Assembly (NCBI RefSeq): GCF_003428155.1
Contig: NZ_QLIR01000001.1
Location: 60,001-92,000, forward strand
Length of the DNA: 32,000 nucleotides
Direction: 5' to 3'
Source of the DNA: Fastidiosibacter lacustris
GTDB lineage: Bacteria > Pseudomonadota > Gammaproteobacteria > Francisellales > Francisellaceae
Position 1 is the stretch's first letter. Every line of letters starts with the position of its first letter. The notes below the pieces were generated by a model. The model had not been told where the DNA came from, searched no databases, and saw only the letters and a list, made by a program, of their open reading frames with translations. This document shows, piece after piece, positions 28,409-32,000 of the stretch. The translations under genes were made by a program, and so were the position numbers.

Positions 28409-29827
28409 ATGCTAGGTGTTTACCAATCAGAAAATCTTCAAACGTTACTGAAACTGCAACAACAAGCATTTTTATTACAGCCCTATCCAGAGTTGGCATT
28501 TCGTAAGCAAAGGCTAAAGCGACTTTATGCTCGTATTTTATCTCATCAACAGCAATTGATGGAAGCAGTCAGTAAAGACTTTGGATTTAGGAGTCTTGAA
28601 GAGACTTGGTTAAGTGAGATTTTTCAAACAACCAGTACGATCAAATATGTACTTGCGAACTTAAAAAAATGGATGAAAAAACATAAACGTCGCACTTCGA
28701 TTATTTTTAAACCTGCTAAAAATTATATTTATTATCAGCCTTTGGGAGTAGTGGGCATTATTGTGCCTTGGAATTACCCTATTTTGTTAGCCTTCTCTCC
28801 TTTGATATATGCTATTGCTGCGGGTAATAAAGTTTGTATTAAACTTTCAGAATATACCCCACACACCAACGAGGTTATCAAACTCATTTGCCAATCCTGT
28901 TTTAACAGTGACGAAGTGGCAGTGATAACGGGAGAGGCAGATATGGCTCAAGCCTTTAGTCGTTTGGCATTTGATCATTTGTTTTTTACAGGCTCAACCC
29001 AAACAGGTAAAAAAGTGATGCAATCTGCATCAGCAAATTTGACACCTGTCACTTTAGAGTTAGGAGGAAAATCACCACTTATTATCGATAAGGATTTTCC
29101 ATTAGAGAAAGCAGTAAAAATGATTTGTTTTGCTAAAGGGTTAAATGCAGGACAAACCTGTATTGCACCAGATTACGTTTTTGTGCATGAAAAAATGCTT
29201 GATCAATTTATTGTAAAGATGCAGAAAGCGTTCAACGAAGTGTATCCAGAGTTGGATAAGAATCAACAATACAGCTCTATTATTAATCAAAAACACTATG
29301 AGCGATTGCAGGGATATCTAATCGAGGCAGAAGAAGCTGGAGTGAAAATTTTGTTCCTTTCAGATTATCATGGTCGTCGAGCAAACGATGTGCGTAAACT
29401 ACCCATTGTTTTGGTTGTGAATCCTAGTTTTATTTCAAATCTCATGCAAGAAGAGATTTTTGGTCCTATCTTACCCATCGTTACTTACACGGCTATTGAA
29501 GAGGTTGTGGATACTATTAGCCATCGTGATAAGCCATTAGCGAGTTATTTATTTAGTTATGATAAAGCTTTGCAAGAATATATTATCACACATGTAGCAA
29601 GTGGTGGGATGTGTATTAACGACGTTTTAAGTCATATTGCTCAACATGACTTACCTTTTGGTGGTGTGGGTGGCTCTGGTATGGGGCGTTATCATGGTAT
29701 CGAAGGGTTTAAAACTTTTTCTAATGAAAAAGCCATTTGTGAGCGCGGTAGAATAAACTTGTCTATGTTGCTCTATCCACCATATGGCAGAGTGTTTAGA
29801 TGGTTTCAGTCATTATTTAGTCGTTAA
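28409..29827 (+). CDS. NAD(P)-dependent aldehyde dehydrogenase (coniferyl aldehyde dehydrogenase-like)
   Basis: 472 aa; 'YQPLGVVGIIVPWNYPILLAFSPLIYAIAAGNKVCIKLSEYTPHT', 'LFFTGSTQTGKKVMQSASANLTPVTLELGGKSPLII', catalytic Cys 'GLNAGQTCIAPDYVF', 'LPFGGVGGSGMGRYHGIEGF'. Confidence 0.9.
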   Translation: MLGVYQSENLQTLLKLQQQAFLLQPYPELAFRKQRLKRLYARILSHQQQLMEAVSKDFGFRSLEETWLSEIFQTTSTIKYVLANLKKWMKKHKRRTSIIFKPAKNYIYYQPLGVVGIIVPWNYPILLAFSPLIYAIAAGNKVCIKLSEYTPHTNEVIKLICQSCFNSDEVAVITGEADMAQAFSRLAFDHLFFTGSTQTGKKVMQSASANLTPVTLELGGKSPLIIDKDFPLEKAVKMICFAKGLNAGQTCIAPDYVFVHEKMLDQFIVKMQKAFNEVYPELDKNQQYSSIINQKHYERLQGYLIEAEEAGVKILFLSDYHGRRANDVRKLPIVLVVNPSFISNLMQEEIFGPILPIVTYTAIEEVVDTISHRDKPLASYLFSYDKALQEYIITHVASGGMCINDVLSHIAQHDLPFGGVGGSGMGRYHGIEGFKTFSNEKAICERGRINLSMLLYPPYGRVFRWFQSLFSR

Positions 29828-29871
29828 ATAACAATTAGTCTTGAGGTGTAATGCAAAACAGCTAAAAGCGT

Positions 29872-29901
29872 TTGTTGAGCTAATCAAAAAGCTGTTATAC
29901 T
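29872..29901 (+). promoter_or_regulatory. Candidate sigma70 promoter for kdsC-lptC-lptA-lptB (TTGTTG - 18 bp - TATACT)
   Basis: -35 TTGTTG at 29872-29877, -10 TATACT at 29896-29901, 34 bp upstream of the kdsC ATG at 29935. Confidence 0.55.
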
Positions 29902-29934
29902 TTGCGACAAATTTTGTAATTAATAATCTTAACG

Positions 29935-30483
29935 ATGTTAACTGATCATTTAAACCAAAAGATACGTAGCGTGAAATTACTTGTTCTAGATGTAGATGGT
30001 GTATTAAGCGATGGTAAAATTATCTTAAGTAATGATGGCAATGAGACCAAAAGTTTTGATGTTAAAGATGGCTTAGGTATGGTGTTGTTGCAGAAGTTGG
30101 GCATAAAAATAGCTGTTATTACTGGGAAAAGCTCGCAAATTGTACACAATCGCTTAACAGCGTTGGGTGTTCAAGATGTTTATCAAGGGCAAAAAAATAA
30201 GGTTACTGCATTTTCAGATTTGCTAGAAAAGTATCATTTGAGCACGGCTGAAGCAGCTTATATGGGTGACGATTTACCTGATTTATCTATTATTGACAAA
30301 GTATGTGTGTCTTTTGCACCACATGATGCAGTCCATATAGTAAAAGAAAAGGTAGATTACATTTGTACGCATAGAGGAGGGCACGGTGCAGTAAGAGAAA
30401 TATGTGATTTATTCTTACAGGCACATGACAAATATGACAAAGTCATAGCAGATTATATTGTACATGGTGAGGCAAAATTTTAA
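29935..30483 (+). CDS. kdsC: 3-deoxy-D-manno-octulosonate 8-phosphate phosphatase KdsC
   Basis: HAD motif 'VKLLVLDVDGVLSDGKIILSNDGNETKSFDVKDGLGM', 'AVITGKSSQIVHNRLTALGV', 'AAYMGDDLPDLSIIDKVCVSFAPHDA', 'GGHGAVREICDLFL'. Confidence 0.94.
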   Translation: MLTDHLNQKIRSVKLLVLDVDGVLSDGKIILSNDGNETKSFDVKDGLGMVLLQKLGIKIAVITGKSSQIVHNRLTALGVQDVYQGQKNKVTAFSDLLEKYHLSTAEAAYMGDDLPDLSIIDKVCVSFAPHDAVHIVKEKVDYICTHRGGHGAVREICDLFLQAHDKYDKVIADYIVHGEAKF

Positions 30484-31076
30484 TGTTTTTCAGTAAACGT
30501 GTCTTCTTTAGCACGATTGGTTTATCTGTTGTGGTTGGCTCAAGTGGTTGGCTTGTGGTTAAATCAGCGCAAGAGCAAATCAGTCATGGTGAGTTGCCTG
30601 CCCATTTTATTGAGAATACGGCAGAAGGATTACGTTATGAAAAATATGATCAAAAAGGATGGTTGCAGTACAGCCTCTATGCTAAACAAGGTAAACGGTT
30701 TTACAATCAAGATGCAGTGCTTAGTGAGGTTAATGCCGAGTTTTTTTCTAAAGATCAAAATGATAAACCTTGGTATATTACGGCAAACAATGCGGATGTA
30801 ACGAATAATAATAACAATATTCGCCTATATGGTAACGTCATTATGCAAAGACAAGCAAATGGTAACAGTTCACCTGCGATTAAAATAACAACAGAAATGA
30901 TTGATTATGACAATAATAAAGATGACTTAAATACAGATAAGTTAGTTACCTTTACTGAACCAGGGACCCCCAATAACACAGTAGGTTTAGGTTTAAGTGG
31001 CGCTCCTAAAAAGGGTAATTTTACATTATTGAAAAACGTGAGAAGTTATTATGCAGGACAAAATGCTAAGAATTAA
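30483..31076 (+). CDS. lptC: LPS export ABC transporter periplasmic protein LptC
   Basis: N-terminal TM, 'LRYEKYDQKGWLQYSLYAKQGKRFYNQDAVLSEVNAEFFSKDQNDKPWYITANNADV...IRLYGNV', syntenic between kdsC and lptA. Confidence 0.88.
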   Translation: MFFSKRVFFSTIGLSVVVGSSGWLVVKSAQEQISHGELPAHFIENTAEGLRYEKYDQKGWLQYSLYAKQGKRFYNQDAVLSEVNAEFFSKDQNDKPWYITANNADVTNNNNNIRLYGNVIMQRQANGNSSPAIKITTEMIDYDNNKDDLNTDKLVTFTEPGTPNNTVGLGLSGAPKKGNFTLLKNVRSYYAGQNAKN

Positions 31077-31800
31077 ATCATTGTTAATCATATTAAGTAT
31101 GGGGAGTTTCTTAGGTTTAGGTACGACTTACGCAGCACAAGAACGTACAATGGATGCAGCTAGCATGTTTGGTAAAGACGCAACAAATGATGGTCCCATT
31201 ACCATTTGTAGTGATAGCTTATCGTATAGCCAAACTGCACATAAAATGATTTATCAAGGTAATGTGCTGGTAATGCAAACAAAAGATGCCACCATCCAAT
31301 GTAGTGCCTATAGTGTCCCTGGAGATAAACAAAATGTACCTTCTTATCAGTTTCCAGTACAAGTGAATGACTATCTACAATCCCAAAAACAAGCACTTGA
31401 AATGGCAAAGCAAATTTGCCAAAAGCAAAAAGGGTGCAGATTCTTGACAGGTCAAACGTTAACCATATCGTTTGATCAACAAAACAATCAACTAACCGAT
31501 ATATTGCTGACAACAAATACCCCTTATACGGCAAAATTTTACTCATTACCTTTTCCTAAGGGAGGTGAGAAAACACAACCTCAGTCCGATCAGCAAACCA
31601 TGTATGCTGAAGGGCGTAAGATGAATTTTAATTTACAGACCAGTATATTAACGATTGAAAAAGAGGCTTACGTTGATCGAGCAGGGAATCGTTTTTCTGG
31701 TGATAAGGTGCTATACGACACTAAGAGTGGATTGGTTACCGTGCCAGACACTGGACAAAGGGCAACGGTTATTTTAAATAATTTAAACACAAAGAATTAG
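31051..31800 (+). CDS. lptA: LPS transport periplasmic protein LptA
   Basis: Signal peptide, 'GPITICSDSLSYSQTAHKMIYQGNVLVMQTKDATIQCSAYSV...MYAEGRKMNFNLQTSILTIEKEAYVDRAGNRFSGDKVLYDTKSGLVTVP' (OstA-like); syntenic. Confidence 0.86.
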   Translation: MQDKMLRIKSLLIILSMGSFLGLGTTYAAQERTMDAASMFGKDATNDGPITICSDSLSYSQTAHKMIYQGNVLVMQTKDATIQCSAYSVPGDKQNVPSYQFPVQVNDYLQSQKQALEMAKQICQKQKGCRFLTGQTLTISFDQQNNQLTDILLTTNTPYTAKFYSLPFPKGGEKTQPQSDQQTMYAEGRKMNFNLQTSILTIEKEAYVDRAGNRFSGDKVLYDTKSGLVTVPDTGQRATVILNNLNTKN

Positions 31801-31809
31801 CTCGAAAAA

Positions 31810-32000
31810 ATGACAGATACGAATAGACATAAACTTGTTGCAACACATTTGGGTAAAGCCTATCGTTCCCGATGGGTTGTCGTTGATGTGTCCATGGAAG
31901 TCAATAGTGGTGAAATTGTAGGACTCTTAGGACCAAATGGTGCTGGGAAAACGACTTCTTTCTATATGATTGTGGGTCTTGTTCGCCCCAACCGTGGTAC
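31810..32000 (+). CDS. lptB: LPS export ABC transporter ATP-binding protein LptB (3' truncated by window edge)
   Basis: Hand translation: [63 protein letters not shown]; Walker A present, follows lptA. Confidence 0.92.
   Translation, partial: MTDTNRHKLVATHLGKAYRSRWVVVDVSMEVNSGEIVGLLGPNGAGKTTSFYMIVGLVRPNRG

Overview
This is a low-GC gammaproteobacterial chromosomal window dominated by a surface-polysaccharide (O-antigen) locus whose gene order closely parallels the Pseudomonas aeruginosa O5 wbp cluster. From left to right it holds: a partial mutL; trhO (rhodanese family); tRNA-Val(GAC) on the minus strand; ettA; a class I aminotransferase and a TauE/SafE permease (both minus); and an isolated AlbA_2/RecG-like ATP-binding regulator bounded by AT-rich imperfect repeats. 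The polysaccharide cluster follows (about 8.55-28.19 kb): nucleotide-sugar dehydrogenase, wbpB, wbpD, an acyltransferase split by an in-frame TAG, wbpE, wzx, wzy, hisH/hisF paralogs, wbpG, a GT4, a WbpS-like fusion amidotransferase, a second GT4, a PglC-type initiating transferase, a PglD-type acetyltransferase, a DegT-type aminotransferase and a WbpM-type dehydratase. After it come an aldehyde dehydrogenase and kdsC-lptC-lptA-lptB(partial). The strongest second looks are: (1) the acyltransferase/SGNH gene interrupted by a single in-frame amber codon with its catalytic D/H block preserved downstream; (2) two mechanistically different sugar amidotransferase systems in one locus; (3) a HisF paralog lacking the N-terminal catalytic Asp; (4) the repeat-flanked AlbA_2 cassette at the cluster edge; (5) a C-terminally truncated WbpE. 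I found no convincing evidence for a wholly new class of defence or mobile system here.
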